Part shown: positions 41,245 to 50,661 of the stretch, one piece after another
How the letters are laid out: each line of letters starts with the position of its first letter
How positions within the stretch are numbered: position 1 is the first letter of the stretch
Source of the DNA: an uncultured Chloroflexia bacterium
GTDB lineage: Bacteria; Chloroflexota; Anaerolineae; JAAYZQ01
Assembly (NCBI GenBank): GCA_963700285.1
Contig: CAVOXA010000009.1
Coordinates: 256,001-320,000, forward strand
Length of the DNA stretch: 64,000 bases
Direction of reading: 5' to 3'
The notes under the pieces: generated by a model
What the model was told of the DNA's origin: nothing
The model's input: the letters and a program-made list of their open reading frames with translations, nothing else
The model's database searches: none
Translations under genes and position numbers: made by a program

Positions 41245-42183
41245 TCATGAACTCTGGCTCAGGGCCAGTTGATTCTGTTCCAGAACCTGGATGATGCGCA
41301 GTACCGTCAGGTTCACAGGTGTAGGAATGCCGTATGTCTCTCCCAATTCGACGACCTTGCCACCAAAGATCTCCACCTCTGTCTTGCGCCCAGCCTCCAC
41401 GTCCTGTAACATGGACGTTTTTCCCTGTGGAGACAGGGTGTCAAGAACGGTGTTCCAGTCTTCGATGTCCTTGGCTACCAAGTTGACCCCGGCGACCCGG
41501 GCCAACTGGATCACCTCCCGCATCAAGGCTTCCATCAATGCCCGGGCCTGTGGCGATGATTGGAACACGCCATACGGGGCCCGCATCACCGCCGATGCCT
41601 GGTTTGCGCCGACGTTGACCATGAACTTCCACCACAGCATGCGCAGCATGTCATGGGGCGTTTCATGGGGGATTCTGGCGCGCCTGAAGGCATCCTGTAC
41701 GGCTTCTACCCGTGGACTGACCTGGGTGTTGGTCGCCTCCCCGAAATAGTGCATGCCGGGCTTGGTATAGGTGATCTGGTTCCCCTCGCGCACAGCATCA
41801 ATGCCCACCGAGATGGCATACAGCACCTTGTCCATCCCATAGGCAGCCCCAATGATCTCCTCGCTATCGAGTCCGTTCATCACCGAAATGATGGCGGTCT
41901 CATCCCCGACGAGGTTCTTCAGATCAGAAACTGCCTCCAGGAGGTGGTGATGTTTCAGTGCCACGATGATGAGATCGGCGGGCGCTGTGGCCTGGTCAGG
42001 ATGGACAACCGGAATGGCGTAGGCTTTGCCGTTGACAACCAAACCATCACGCTTCAGCCGTTCCTGACGGCGCCCCCGAGCGATCACGGCCGTCGAGAAT
42101 CCGGGGGTGTCGTGAAATCTGGCGGCAAAAAAGGCGCCCATCGCCCCCGCGCCCAAGATGGCTACCCTCTTGATTTGCTTCAT
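41245..42183 (-). CDS. panE: Ketopantoate reductase family
   Basis: GAGAMG, 'MNG', 'WWKFMVN', 'SMLQDVEAGRKTEVE'. Confidence 0.9.
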   Translation of the reverse strand: MKQIKRVAILGAGAMGAFFAARFHDTPGFSTAVIARGRRQERLKRDGLVVNGKAYAIPVVHPDQATAPADLIIVALKHHHLLEAVSDLKNLVGDETAIISVMNGLDSEEIIGAAYGMDKVLYAISVGIDAVREGNQITYTKPGMHYFGEATNTQVSPRVEAVQDAFRRARIPHETPHDMLRMLWWKFMVNVGANQASAVMRAPYGVFQSSPQARALMEALMREVIQLARVAGVNLVAKDIEDWNTVLDTLSPQGKTSMLQDVEAGRKTEVEIFGGKVVELGETYGIPTPVNLTVLRIIQVLEQNQLALSQSS

Positions 42184-42233
42184 AGACTATTCTACCCACT
42201 CCTCACATTCCAGAACCCCATGTATAGTGCGAT

Positions 42234-42623
42234 TCAAGCCAGTGTTTCCCCACCCCTTTCCCGCTCCGGCCGCCGGAACCGCCCCCGAAACTCCTCGGCA
42301 GGATACCGGTGCTCGTTCGTCTCCAGTTTCTCCAGCACCGCCCCGCTCACCTCCATGTCCAGCGCATTGCTCAGGCTCAGGCAATAGATCACAATATCAG
42401 CCAGCTCATCGGCCACTGCCGCCTGCTCGCCTGGCTCCTGGACGGCATCCCGTGCCTCCTCAGTCGTCAGCCATTGGAAATGCTCCATCAACTCCGCCGC
42501 TTCAATGGCGATGGACATGCTCAAGTTCTTTGGAGAATGAAAAGGCTGCCACTCACGGGCGTCGACAAAAGCCGCGACTGCTTCCCGGAGTGACCCGACG
42601 GTAGTGAGGGCGTCCAATTGCAT
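42234..42623 (-). CDS. MazG-like nucleotide pyrophosphohydrolase
   Basis: 'REWQPFHSPKNL', 'EAAELME.FQW', 'DELAD', 'N..RYP'. Confidence 0.92.
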   Translation of the reverse strand: MQLDALTTVGSLREAVAAFVDAREWQPFHSPKNLSMSIAIEAAELMEHFQWLTTEEARDAVQEPGEQAAVADELADIVIYCLSLSNALDMEVSGAVLEKLETNEHRYPAEEFRGRFRRPERERGGETLA

Positions 42624-42711
42624 GCTTTTACTCCTGCGCGTGGTGTAGCTGGTATTGTACTAGAGGGCAGCGCAGGTGTCAAAGGTGGGCGTGGAATGGA
42701 GCCAATGGACG

Positions 42712-43902
42712 CTAGCGACTGCCGTCTGGCAGGGAATCCCAGTCGTCCCACAACGCCAGTTGGTGCGGGGGACGCTTGCCAGCCAGCAGAACATAGGGCG
42801 CGGCCCGCTCTGCCACGGCGCCGGCCTTGCCCAGATCGTCCAGTTCCCGCAGGGTTCCCTGCCGACGCCATTCCAGGAGCCGCCCCACCGACGTGGGGCC
42901 CAGTCCCGGTACGCGCAGCAGTTCCCTCTGGGAGGCGCGGTTCACCTCAATGGGGAACAGCTCGGGATGGTTGCAGGCGTACAGCATCTTGGGATCGGCC
43001 TTGCGCGGCAGGTTGCCCTCCTGATCAAAGACCAGGTCCTCATAGCGAAAGCCATAGAATCGCAAAAGCCAGTCGGCCTGGTACAGGCGGTGTTCCCGCC
43101 AGGCGGGCGTGGGTTCGCGGCCGTCCAGGGCCGTACCCGGAATGGGGTTGAAGCGGCTGTAGTAAGCCCGTCGCAGGTCCAGATCCCTGTACAAGTGATC
43201 CATGGTGAACAGGATCTCGCGGTCCGCCTCTCCGGCGGCCCCGACCACGAACTGGGTAGTCTGGCCCGATGGTGCCAGACGGCCGCCGCTGGCGTCCATC
43301 AGCTTCTTGATAATCCCCATCGGCCGGGTCAGTTCCTCAAAGAACGCCTTTCGGGGTGCGATGGCCTCCAGCCGCTCGGGATTCGGTGCCTCCAGATTGA
43401 TCGATACCCGCTGGGCCAGTTGTAGCGCTCGCTCGATGTGGCTTTCGGAGGCGCCGGGCAGGATCTTGAGGTGAACATAACCCGAGAACTGGTAGCGGTT
43501 ACGCAGCAGTTCCACACAGTCGATCATGCGACCCATCGTGTCGTCGGCGCTGGCGCACACCCCCGAGCTGAGAAACATGCCATCTACCAGGTTGGCCCGC
43601 TCCAATCGATCAAAAGCCCGCGCCAGCTCGTCCGGCGTGAACTGGGTACGCGGTACGTCACGGCTAGCGCGCAGGCCGCAGTAGTAGCAGTTCTTGTTGC
43701 AGACGTTGGTCATCAGGACCTTGAGCACGCGCAGCCGCTTCCCGCCCTGCATCTTTGTCGGATAGATCCAGCGATTCAGGTCGCGATCTGGCAGCATCGA
43801 CCTTTTCGATGCTTCGAGTTTGCCCGCCGGGGCGCCACTGGCCGTACATAGATCATACTGCGCCGCTTCACCCAAGGTTTCGATCTTTTGCATCAAGCCC
43901 AT
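42712..43902 (-). CDS. Putative DNA modification/repair radical SAM protein with C-terminal HhH
   Basis: CNKNCYYC, 'MFLSSG', 'YVHLKI', 'REHRLYQADWLLRFYGF', 'LLRVPGLG'. Confidence 0.92.
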   Translation of the reverse strand: MGLMQKIETLGEAAQYDLCTASGAPAGKLEASKRSMLPDRDLNRWIYPTKMQGGKRLRVLKVLMTNVCNKNCYYCGLRASRDVPRTQFTPDELARAFDRLERANLVDGMFLSSGVCASADDTMGRMIDCVELLRNRYQFSGYVHLKILPGASESHIERALQLAQRVSINLEAPNPERLEAIAPRKAFFEELTRPMGIIKKLMDASGGRLAPSGQTTQFVVGAAGEADREILFTMDHLYRDLDLRRAYYSRFNPIPGTALDGREPTPAWREHRLYQADWLLRFYGFRYEDLVFDQEGNLPRKADPKMLYACNHPELFPIEVNRASQRELLRVPGLGPTSVGRLLEWRRQGTLRELDDLGKAGAVAERAAPYVLLAGKRPPHQLALWDDWDSLPDGSR

Positions 43903-43922
43903 TCATCCATCTCCTCACGTCT

Positions 43923-43951
43923 ATTATATGCACAAATGTTCTAATCGTCAA
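43923..43951 (-). promoter_or_regulatory. Sigma70 promoter with a LexA/SOS box in the spacer
   Basis: Minus strand TTGACG-ATTAGAACATTTGTGCA-TATAAT; GAAC-N4-GTGC resembles the GAAC-N4-GTTC LexA box of Chloroflexota and Gram-positives. Confidence 0.75.
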
Positions 43952-44114
43952 GTCTGAACCATGGGTTGTTGTCCACAAGTTCATGATACTGTTGTTAGCC
44001 GATTTCCTTCACCACCAGGGCACCAAGCCCGCCAAGCTGACAAGGTTTTCAGTCTTCCTTTGTACTCTTTGCGCCTTTGCGGTGAGACGTAGGCAATCAC
44101 CAGTCCAGACCAGG

Positions 44115-44143
44115 TTGACAAATGCAGGTCGGAGGTGTAGAAT
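44115..44143 (+). promoter_or_regulatory. Sigma70 promoter
   Basis: TTGACA-17 nt-TAGAAT. Confidence 0.75.
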
Positions 44144-44166
44144 TGCCCGACAGGAGATGGAGACGA

Positions 44167-45015
44167 ATGTTCTATCGTGAACGAGCCAGCGTCGTAGCCA
44201 CGCTGGTTGTGCTGGGTCTTATCTTGGACGTATTCCTACAGCTCCCGAGCTGGATGCGGGACCTGACCGTATTGGGCTCTCCGCTGACCGTCAGTATCTC
44301 CCAAACGGTGTTAATGTCCGCACTTCTGGTTGGCATCGTCTGCAGTGGAACCGATGTCATTGTGCGCTCCCATCCTAGGGCGCGCCAGATAGAGGCCCGC
44401 TTCAGCTTTGTCACCTGGACCTTGCCGGCGCTAACTGTGTTGTTGGCTGTGGTCTTGCTGCCCCAGGCGCCAACGCTGCTCTACCGGATGGCCGGCATGA
44501 TGGTGACCGGCCTCATCTTGATCTTGGTCATCAGCGCCGAGTACTATACCGTGGACACCACCGACCGGCGCTATCTGGCAGCCAGGCTGAGCCTGAATGC
44601 CTGGGCCTACCTGTTGGCATTGGTGGCGTTCATCCTGATCTATTCGGCCAAGGCCCGCAGCCTTGTCTCGGCCACGCAGGTTACGTTGATCAGCACACTG
44701 CTGGCACTAGAGCTCTTGCGCAGTGCGCGGCGAAGCTTTGGCCGTACGTCGCTCTATGCCATAATCGCCGGACTGATCACGGGCGAGATCATCTGGGCCA
44801 TGAATTACTGGCGCATTCAGGGCATCACCGGCGGCCTGATCCTGCTGCTGGGTTTCTACGTGGCAACGGGCCTGGCCAACCAGCAACTCCAGGAACGGCT
44901 GACGCGTCGCGTGCTCATCGAGTATGCTGTCGTGGCCCTCATCGGCCTGGTGATCCTGCTCCAGTTTCAAGTCGTGCAAGGCGGTGGCTACGGTTTGACA
45001 TTTCCGCCAAATTGA
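44167..45015 (+). CDS. Multi-pass membrane protein (DUF5656-like)
   Basis: About 9 TM segments; 'RSHP', 'WTLPAL', 'EIIWAMNYW', 'IEY'. Confidence 0.75.
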   Translation: MFYRERASVVATLVVLGLILDVFLQLPSWMRDLTVLGSPLTVSISQTVLMSALLVGIVCSGTDVIVRSHPRARQIEARFSFVTWTLPALTVLLAVVLLPQAPTLLYRMAGMMVTGLILILVISAEYYTVDTTDRRYLAARLSLNAWAYLLALVAFILIYSAKARSLVSATQVTLISTLLALELLRSARRSFGRTSLYAIIAGLITGEIIWAMNYWRIQGITGGLILLLGFYVATGLANQQLQERLTRRVLIEYAVVALIGLVILLQFQVVQGGGYGLTFPPN

Positions 45016-45023
45016 TCTAGAAT
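44995..45023 (+). promoter_or_regulatory. Sigma70 promoter of a short transcript
   Basis: TTGACA-17 nt-TAGAAT. Confidence 0.7.
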
Positions 45024-45080
45024 CTTGGACGGTGACCGATGGTCACTGCCGAATACCATCTTATGAAGGGAGGCCGTTGG

Positions 45081-45167
45081 ATGTTCTACGACTCGATTGC
45101 ACAGCATACCGTTCCTGCTGTCGGCGATGCTGGTCGCCGCTGTCGTAGTGCGCCCAAATGCCCTTAG
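45081..45167 (+). CDS. Putative small ORF / leader peptide (28 aa as read)
   Basis: RBS GAAGGGAGG 7 nt before ATG; MFYDSIAQHTVPAVGDAGRRCRSAPKCP*; another frame reads ...LLSAMLVAAVVVRP. Confidence 0.45.
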   Translation: MFYDSIAQHTVPAVGDAGRRCRSAPKCP

Positions 45168-45182
45168 TTATTGTTTACTACG

Positions 45183-45222
45183 GGCCGTGGGGGCACTGCA
45201 ACCCCCACGGCCTTTTTTATTT
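45183..45222 (+). terminator. Intrinsic terminator
   Basis: GGCCGTGGGGG-8 nt-CCCCCACGGCC + TTTTTTATTT. Confidence 0.9.
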
Positions 45223-45240
45223 CCCTGGACGTACGCTGTC

Positions 45241-45279
45241 CAAGAGCCGTGGGAACCAACCCCACGGCTCTTGCTTTCT
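45241..45279 (+). terminator. Second, related hairpin
   Basis: CAAGAGCCGTGGG-7 nt-CCCACGGCTCTTG + CTTTCT. Confidence 0.6.
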
Positions 45280-45437
45280 GTGGCCCCAGTACCCTGCTTG
45301 TGTGGGCACCGCCACCGGACCGGGTATGGGTTCTTTCTGCCCTTCGAAGGGCCAGGGCTGCATGGGAGGAGCAGTGAACCCGGATCCGCGTTGGAGGATT
45401 GGCCAGATGGCCAATGGTCAAATACTCCACCTGGCCG

Positions 45438-45466
45438 TTGCGCTACCGGAAGCCAGGGTCTATACT
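45438..45466 (+). promoter_or_regulatory. Probable promoter of the MFS operon
   Basis: TTGCGC-17 nt-TATACT. Confidence 0.5.
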
Positions 45467-45615
45467 AGATGGATCGTCGCCAAAGTTCGTAGTGGGTGCT
45501 TCAGCGCCCTGATGTGCGCAAGAATGCCAGGAAAAAGGCACTGAGGTGTCTACTGCGAACGGGTTCTGGCGTGGAGGGGAAAGCACACCGATGTGTGGAG
45601 AAGGGAGAAAGGACG

Positions 45616-46983
45616 ATGGAAGAGGTCGGCCGCTACCTGAAGCGGCTGGGGCAGTTTAGCCCGAATGCACGTTTCTATTTGCTGAGCGAGCTCATCATCG
45701 GCTTGAGCTTCTCCATCTATATGCTCATCTTTAACTTGCACGTCGACAGCCTGGGGTATCCGCGGAGCTTTCTGGGGCAGTTGCAGGCGCTGCCCAACTT
45801 GATCGCGCTCTTTGCCGCGGTCCCGGCCGGCGTCATGGTCGACTATATCGGCCGCAAACGGGCTCTGCTGCTGGCCAATTTTGGGCGGGCGCTGGCCACG
45901 GTCGGCATCGTGCTGGCGCCGGATCCCAACTGGCTGCGTCTCTCGATGGTCACCTTTGGCGTTTCGATGTCGCTGTGGGCTGTCACGGCTTCGCCCTTCA
46001 TGATGGAGAACTCGCGGGAGGAAGAGCGTACTTCGCTCTTTAGCGCCCATTTTGGCCTGACGACGTTGGTTGGCTTCTTTGGCACCCTGGTGGGTGGCTA
46101 CCTGCCTACCTTCTTTGGCCTGCGGCTGGGCGTTGACGTCGAGAGTTCGGTGGCCTACGGGGCGACGCTGGCCGTTACTGCCGCGCTGTGGGCCCTGTCC
46201 CTGGTCCCGCTGTTGATGATCAAGGAACAGCCCCGGCCCGAGTCCGACCGCGTCCGTTCCGTGTGGCCCTGGCGCAATCTGAGCAACCGGCGGATGGCGC
46301 TGCATATCTTTGTACCAAACATTGCGATCTCTATGGGAGCCGCGATCTTGATCCCGTACATGAACCTCTTTTTCAAGGAGACCTTTCCCATCACCGACCG
46401 GGTGCTGGGCACATTGTTTGCCGTCTCGTCGGTGGTCACGGGGGTCGCAACGCTGGCGGCGCCGATGCTGGCCGATCGCTGGGGGCGCATCCGGGCCTTG
46501 GTCATCACCCAGATGCTGTCGATCCCGTTTCTGCTGACCATCGGTTTTGTGCCGGTTCTCTCAGTGGCAGCCTTTGCCTTCTGGATGCGGGCCGCGCTGA
46601 TGATGATGGGTGGGCCGCTGTACGACTCCTTTGCCATGGAGCAGGTGACGGCCCGGGAGCGAGCCACCATCAGCGGTCTCATGGGCATGAGCTGGAGCCT
46701 GGGCTGGACCATAGGGCCCTTCTTGAGCGGCTACATGCAGGAGAATCCCAACATCGGCTTCAAGCCGATCTTTGTCATCACCAGTGGGCTCTATCTCCTG
46801 GCCGCCATCCTGGCGCGTACCTTCTTTCAGCGGTTGGACGACGAACAGCGCCGGGCGGCGGCGCTCAAAAAGATGGGCGTCATCGACTTGACGGCGGCGA
46901 AGGCGAGGCAGACGACGACCGGCTATGATAGCGCTCGACAGCCAACTGGGCGCCAGCGGAAGGCAGGAGATGGCGATGGATGA
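45616..46983 (+). CDS. MFS transporter
   Basis: 12 TM pattern, motif A 'GVMVDYIGRK' and 'LADRWGR'; ATG 45616 behind GAAAGGA. Confidence 0.92.
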   Translation: MEEVGRYLKRLGQFSPNARFYLLSELIIGLSFSIYMLIFNLHVDSLGYPRSFLGQLQALPNLIALFAAVPAGVMVDYIGRKRALLLANFGRALATVGIVLAPDPNWLRLSMVTFGVSMSLWAVTASPFMMENSREEERTSLFSAHFGLTTLVGFFGTLVGGYLPTFFGLRLGVDVESSVAYGATLAVTAALWALSLVPLLMIKEQPRPESDRVRSVWPWRNLSNRRMALHIFVPNIAISMGAAILIPYMNLFFKETFPITDRVLGTLFAVSSVVTGVATLAAPMLADRWGRIRALVITQMLSIPFLLTIGFVPVLSVAAFAFWMRAALMMMGGPLYDSFAMEQVTARERATISGLMGMSWSLGWTIGPFLSGYMQENPNIGFKPIFVITSGLYLLAAILARTFFQRLDDEQRRAAALKKMGVIDLTAAKARQTTTGYDSARQPTGRQRKAGDGDG

Positions 46984-47614
46984 GCGACAGAACAAGTGGA
47001 TCTGGTCGGAGCCGGGCGGCTATGACCGCTGGACAGCCGCCGAGGCATGCATCTACTACGAGCGTTACAACGACCTGCTCGACCTGGTTGTGGTTCGATG
47101 CCAGGTCAGGGCTGATGACCTGGTGCTGGACATTGGCACCGGAACCGGTGAGCTGGCCCGGCGTTTCGCCCTGAACCGGGGCTGCCGGGTCATCGGGCTG
47201 GATCCCACAGCGGGAATGGTCGACGAGGCGCGCCGCAAAGCGTGTGAGGGGAACTGGGGGGACGTGCGCTTTCGCGTTGTCGATGAGCCCTTCCTGCAGA
47301 TCCCCTATCGTGATGGAACCTTTGACGCCGTAGGCAGCACGCAGGCCTTCCATCACCTGCCCGAGTACCACAAGCCGGCGGCCGTGCGGGAGATGGCCCG
47401 CGTGCTGCACAAGGGCGGGCGGCTGGCCATCGGCGATGTGATCTTTCATGGCCGGGCGGACTTGAAGGCGGCACTGGCCCGCTGGCCCGAGGAATTGGAG
47501 GAGGAGTACTTTGCCTATCTGGAGACGCTGCAGCCGATGTTTCGCGAGGCGGGTCTGAGCATCCACGCCGAACAGTTGAGCCGCGCCAACTGGGTGGTGT
47601 GGGGCAGAAAGTAA
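46976..47614 (+). CDS. Class I SAM-dependent methyltransferase
   Basis: VLDIGTGTG, 'GLDP', 'FDAV', 'AFHHLP', 'RVLHKGG'. Confidence 0.9.
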   Translation: MDERQNKWIWSEPGGYDRWTAAEACIYYERYNDLLDLVVVRCQVRADDLVLDIGTGTGELARRFALNRGCRVIGLDPTAGMVDEARRKACEGNWGDVRFRVVDEPFLQIPYRDGTFDAVGSTQAFHHLPEYHKPAAVREMARVLHKGGRLAIGDVIFHGRADLKAALARWPEELEEEYFAYLETLQPMFREAGLSIHAEQLSRANWVVWGRK

Positions 47615-47709
47615 GCCGGAGACCTGATGGGACTGTGAGCGGGAATGAAAGCTGAACTTGATGGGTATTCCCACCGAGATGCATCGCGTGCTTTTGAGGA
47701 GAAGCGTAC

Positions 47710-48687
47710 ATGACTGAGGAGATCATCATTCGCAACTATCACCCGGGGGATTTGGAACCCCTGGTGGACCTGATCAACGAATCGGACGCCGTGGACAAGC
47801 AGGAGAGGGGCGTGACCCTGGCCGAGATGGAGCACCGGCTGGGCTTCCCGAACCGGCACCCGGAGACCGATTGTTTCCTGGCCTGGGATGGCGACCGCCT
47901 GGTTGGCTGGTCCGATATGTTCCTGCGCCCGGGTGATGGGCGCGTCGACCACTCTATCTACAACTGGGGCGTGGTCCATCCCGGCTGGCGGCGTCGCGGC
48001 CTGGGCCGGCGGCTTCTGGAACGCGCCTACCACCGGGCCACGGACTATCTGCCCCAACTCGGGGCGGGCCGCGTGAACTTTTTCGCCTACACCGGCGATG
48101 GCGAGCATGGCCGGCGGGCCCTGTTCGAAGCGTTCGGCCTGGAACCGGTGCGCTACTGGCTGGACCTGGAACGTTCCCTGGACGGCGACCTGCCGCCGGT
48201 AGAGCTGCCTGCGGGTGTCCGGCTGCGGGCCTTTGACCCCCAGCGCGACGTCGAGGAAGTCTGGCGGGTCGACAGCCTGGCTTTCCGTGACCACTGGAAC
48301 CACGCCGAAGCCAGCCTGGAGGAGTTTCAACACTGGGTCGCCGGGCCCAATCTCCGGCCAGAGCTTTGGTTCCTGGCCGAGGAAGAGGAGACCGGCCGGA
48401 TCGTGGGCCTGGGCCTCAACGAAATCAGCCCCGATCATATCGGCCGGACCGGCCGCCAGGAGGGCCTCATCGACACCCTGGGTGTGCTTCGTTCTCACCG
48501 CGGCCGTGGTCTCGGTACGGCGCTTCTGGTGCAGTGCCTCCACGGCCTAAAGCAGGCTGGCATGGACATGGCTTTCCTGGACGCCGATGCGGAGAATCCA
48601 ACCGGCGCGGTACGCCTCTACGAGCGGGTGGGCTTCCAGGTCCGCAGAACGCGGATATTCTACCGCAAGGCCATGCGCGAGGAGTGA
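47710..48687 (+). CDS. Tandem-domain GNAT acetyltransferase (MshD-like fold)
   Basis: Two motif-A sites 'VHPGWRRRGLG' and 'VLRSHRGRGLG'; 'NPTGAVRLYERVGF'. Confidence 0.92.
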   Translation: MTEEIIIRNYHPGDLEPLVDLINESDAVDKQERGVTLAEMEHRLGFPNRHPETDCFLAWDGDRLVGWSDMFLRPGDGRVDHSIYNWGVVHPGWRRRGLGRRLLERAYHRATDYLPQLGAGRVNFFAYTGDGEHGRRALFEAFGLEPVRYWLDLERSLDGDLPPVELPAGVRLRAFDPQRDVEEVWRVDSLAFRDHWNHAEASLEEFQHWVAGPNLRPELWFLAEEEETGRIVGLGLNEISPDHIGRTGRQEGLIDTLGVLRSHRGRGLGTALLVQCLHGLKQAGMDMAFLDADAENPTGAVRLYERVGFQVRRTRIFYRKAMREE

Positions 48688-48742
48688 GCGGGGCGATGAC
48701 GATGGCAAAGAGCAAATGGGAACGCCGGCGCGCTGATGGCCC

Positions 48743-48872
48743 GGCCCGAAACCGTAGGAGGCCCACGAAAGCCATGCGCAGGACCCGGGAAGAGGCAGGA
48801 CCGTTCGTAGTGCGCGCTTCAGCGCGCTTTCCTGGCCCATACAAGGCCCAAACCGTAGGAGGCCCATGAAAG
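48743..48872 (+). repeat. ~28-bp direct repeats flanking a GTAG-REP
   Basis: GGCCCGAAACCGTAGGAGGCCCACGAAAG (48743) and GGCCCAAACCGTAGGAGGCCCATGAAAG (48845), with GTAGTGCGCGCTTCAGCGCGC between them. Confidence 0.75.
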
Positions 48873-48882
48873 GAGGAGTTTT

Positions 48883-49416
48883 ATGATTGAGATCAAAGAA
48901 ATGAAACCTTCAGCGATAGATCGAGTCGCCGAGATCGACCGCTCTGAGCAGGTGACGCTGGGCTACTTTTTCCGGGACGGACGGCTCGAATCGGAGGGCG
49001 TGGACTGGCCAGTGCCCCGCTGGTACGCCGAGGGCGAGTCGGAGCACAGCGTACAGGCCAAGGTGAAGGCCTGGAAGCCTCTTTTGGAGCAGGGCGGGAC
49101 GATGTTCGGAGCTTTTGATGGGGAGCTGTTGGTGGGGCTGGCCATCTACCGCCCGGAACTGGCGGGGTCCACGGCCCAGTTGGCGGTCCTGCACGTGAGC
49201 CATGGCTATCGCCGCAGGGGGATTGCTACCCGGCTCACGTCGGAGGCCATCCGCCAGGCCAGGCAGGACGGGGCGACAGAACTGTACATCTCGGCCACGC
49301 CTTCCCGGTCGGCGGTGGGCTTTTACCGGAGCCAGGGCTTCCGGCTTGTCGACAAGCCTCATCCAGAGCTATACGCACTGGAGCCCGAGGACATTCACAT
49401 GATCATGAACTTGTGA
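48883..49416 (+). CDS. GNAT acetyltransferase
   Basis: 'LHVSHGYRRRGIA', 'YISATPS.SAVGFY..QG', 'EPEDIHM'. Confidence 0.9.
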   Translation: MIEIKEMKPSAIDRVAEIDRSEQVTLGYFFRDGRLESEGVDWPVPRWYAEGESEHSVQAKVKAWKPLLEQGGTMFGAFDGELLVGLAIYRPELAGSTAQLAVLHVSHGYRRRGIATRLTSEAIRQARQDGATELYISATPSRSAVGFYRSQGFRLVDKPHPELYALEPEDIHMIMNL

Positions 49417-49464
49417 GGTGGATTCCCGCTAGAAGCATGTGGGAATGACAGGAGAGAACCAACG

Positions 49465-50523
49465 GTGACGCAAGACGATGCAACGATGGAAAAGTACGAA
49501 GCGTATGAAGAGCTCTTCGATCCACTCTGGGTGGGCTCAAAAGCAGGGCGACGACGCAAGCCCAGGATCAGGCAGATGCTCAATAGATCCCGGGAAGAGA
49601 TCCTCGCCGAACTGACCGATGACCTGGACGACGTGGATCTGGGCTTCCAGACGACCTACCGGCCCTCGCGCTACGAGGCGGGCTGGTTGCTGAACTCGCT
49701 GTATACTTTTTACAACGAGGGGCTTATCACAGACGTGCTGGCCCTGGTCAAGGGGGGCAAGGAGGCCAGCGTCTACTGCTGCCAGGCCCACCCGGCCACG
49801 GGCCTGGACCTGCTGGCGGCCAAGGTGTACCGGCCGCGCATGTTTCGCAACCTGCGCAACGACAAGATGTACCGCCAGGGACGCGAGATCCTGTTGGCGG
49901 GCGGCGGGCCGGCAGGCCGGGATTCGGGCTATATCGAGCGCGCCATCCGGCACAAGACGGATTTTGGCCTGCAAGCGGCGCATACGTCGTGGCTGATGTA
50001 CGAGTTCACGGCCATGGAACGGCTGCACGAGGCCGGCGGCGCGGTGCCGCGGCCCGTGGCCTCCAGCGAAAACGCCATCCTGATGAGCTATCACGGCGAT
50101 GAGGTCATGGCCGCGCCTACGCTGAACACCATTCAGCTGGAGCCTGGGGAGGCTGAAGCGCTTTTCCGTGAAGTACTGCGCAACGTGGACCTGATGCTGC
50201 AACACGACCTGATCCACGGCGATCTCTCGGCCTACAACATCCTGTACTGGAGGCCCGAGGATTCGGCGGCGGCGATCACGCTCATCGACTTTCCGCAGGT
50301 CGTGAACCTGCACACCAACGACAACGCCGGTACCATCCTGCAGCGCGACATCCAGCGTACCTGCGAGTACTTTCAACAGCAGGGGGTGGTCTGCGATCCA
50401 GCGGCCATCCTGGAGGGGTTCTGGGAACGCTACGTGGCACGGGTCGACCCCATGGATGAAGAGGCCGATCAGTCCCGGCTTCTGGCCGAGCTTGAACGGG
50501 CGCTCGGGCCAATGCCCGCCTGA
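49465..50523 (+). CDS. RIO1-family atypical protein kinase
   Basis: GGKEASVY, AAKVY, IHGDLSAYNIL, IDFPQ, 'LQRD'. Confidence 0.92.
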   Translation: MTQDDATMEKYEAYEELFDPLWVGSKAGRRRKPRIRQMLNRSREEILAELTDDLDDVDLGFQTTYRPSRYEAGWLLNSLYTFYNEGLITDVLALVKGGKEASVYCCQAHPATGLDLLAAKVYRPRMFRNLRNDKMYRQGREILLAGGGPAGRDSGYIERAIRHKTDFGLQAAHTSWLMYEFTAMERLHEAGGAVPRPVASSENAILMSYHGDEVMAAPTLNTIQLEPGEAEALFREVLRNVDLMLQHDLIHGDLSAYNILYWRPEDSAAAITLIDFPQVVNLHTNDNAGTILQRDIQRTCEYFQQQGVVCDPAAILEGFWERYVARVDPMDEEADQSRLLAELERALGPMPA

Positions 50524-50530
50524 GATTACC

Positions 50531-50628
50531 AGACCTGACAGGTTTCTGACCTTCGTGGCGGGACCTCTGCCACCCGAGTTTGGAACAAGCGTGTGCTGCT
50601 TCCGAAATGGCGCAAACCTGTCAGGTCT
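50531..50628. repeat. REP-type 15-bp inverted repeat
   Basis: AGACCTGACAGGTTT (50531) ... AAACCTGTCAGGTCT (50614); the same motif forms a compact palindrome at 57526-57558. Confidence 0.8.
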
Positions 50629-50661
50629 TGGCTCCACAGAAGTCAAGTAGGAGAAGGTACG

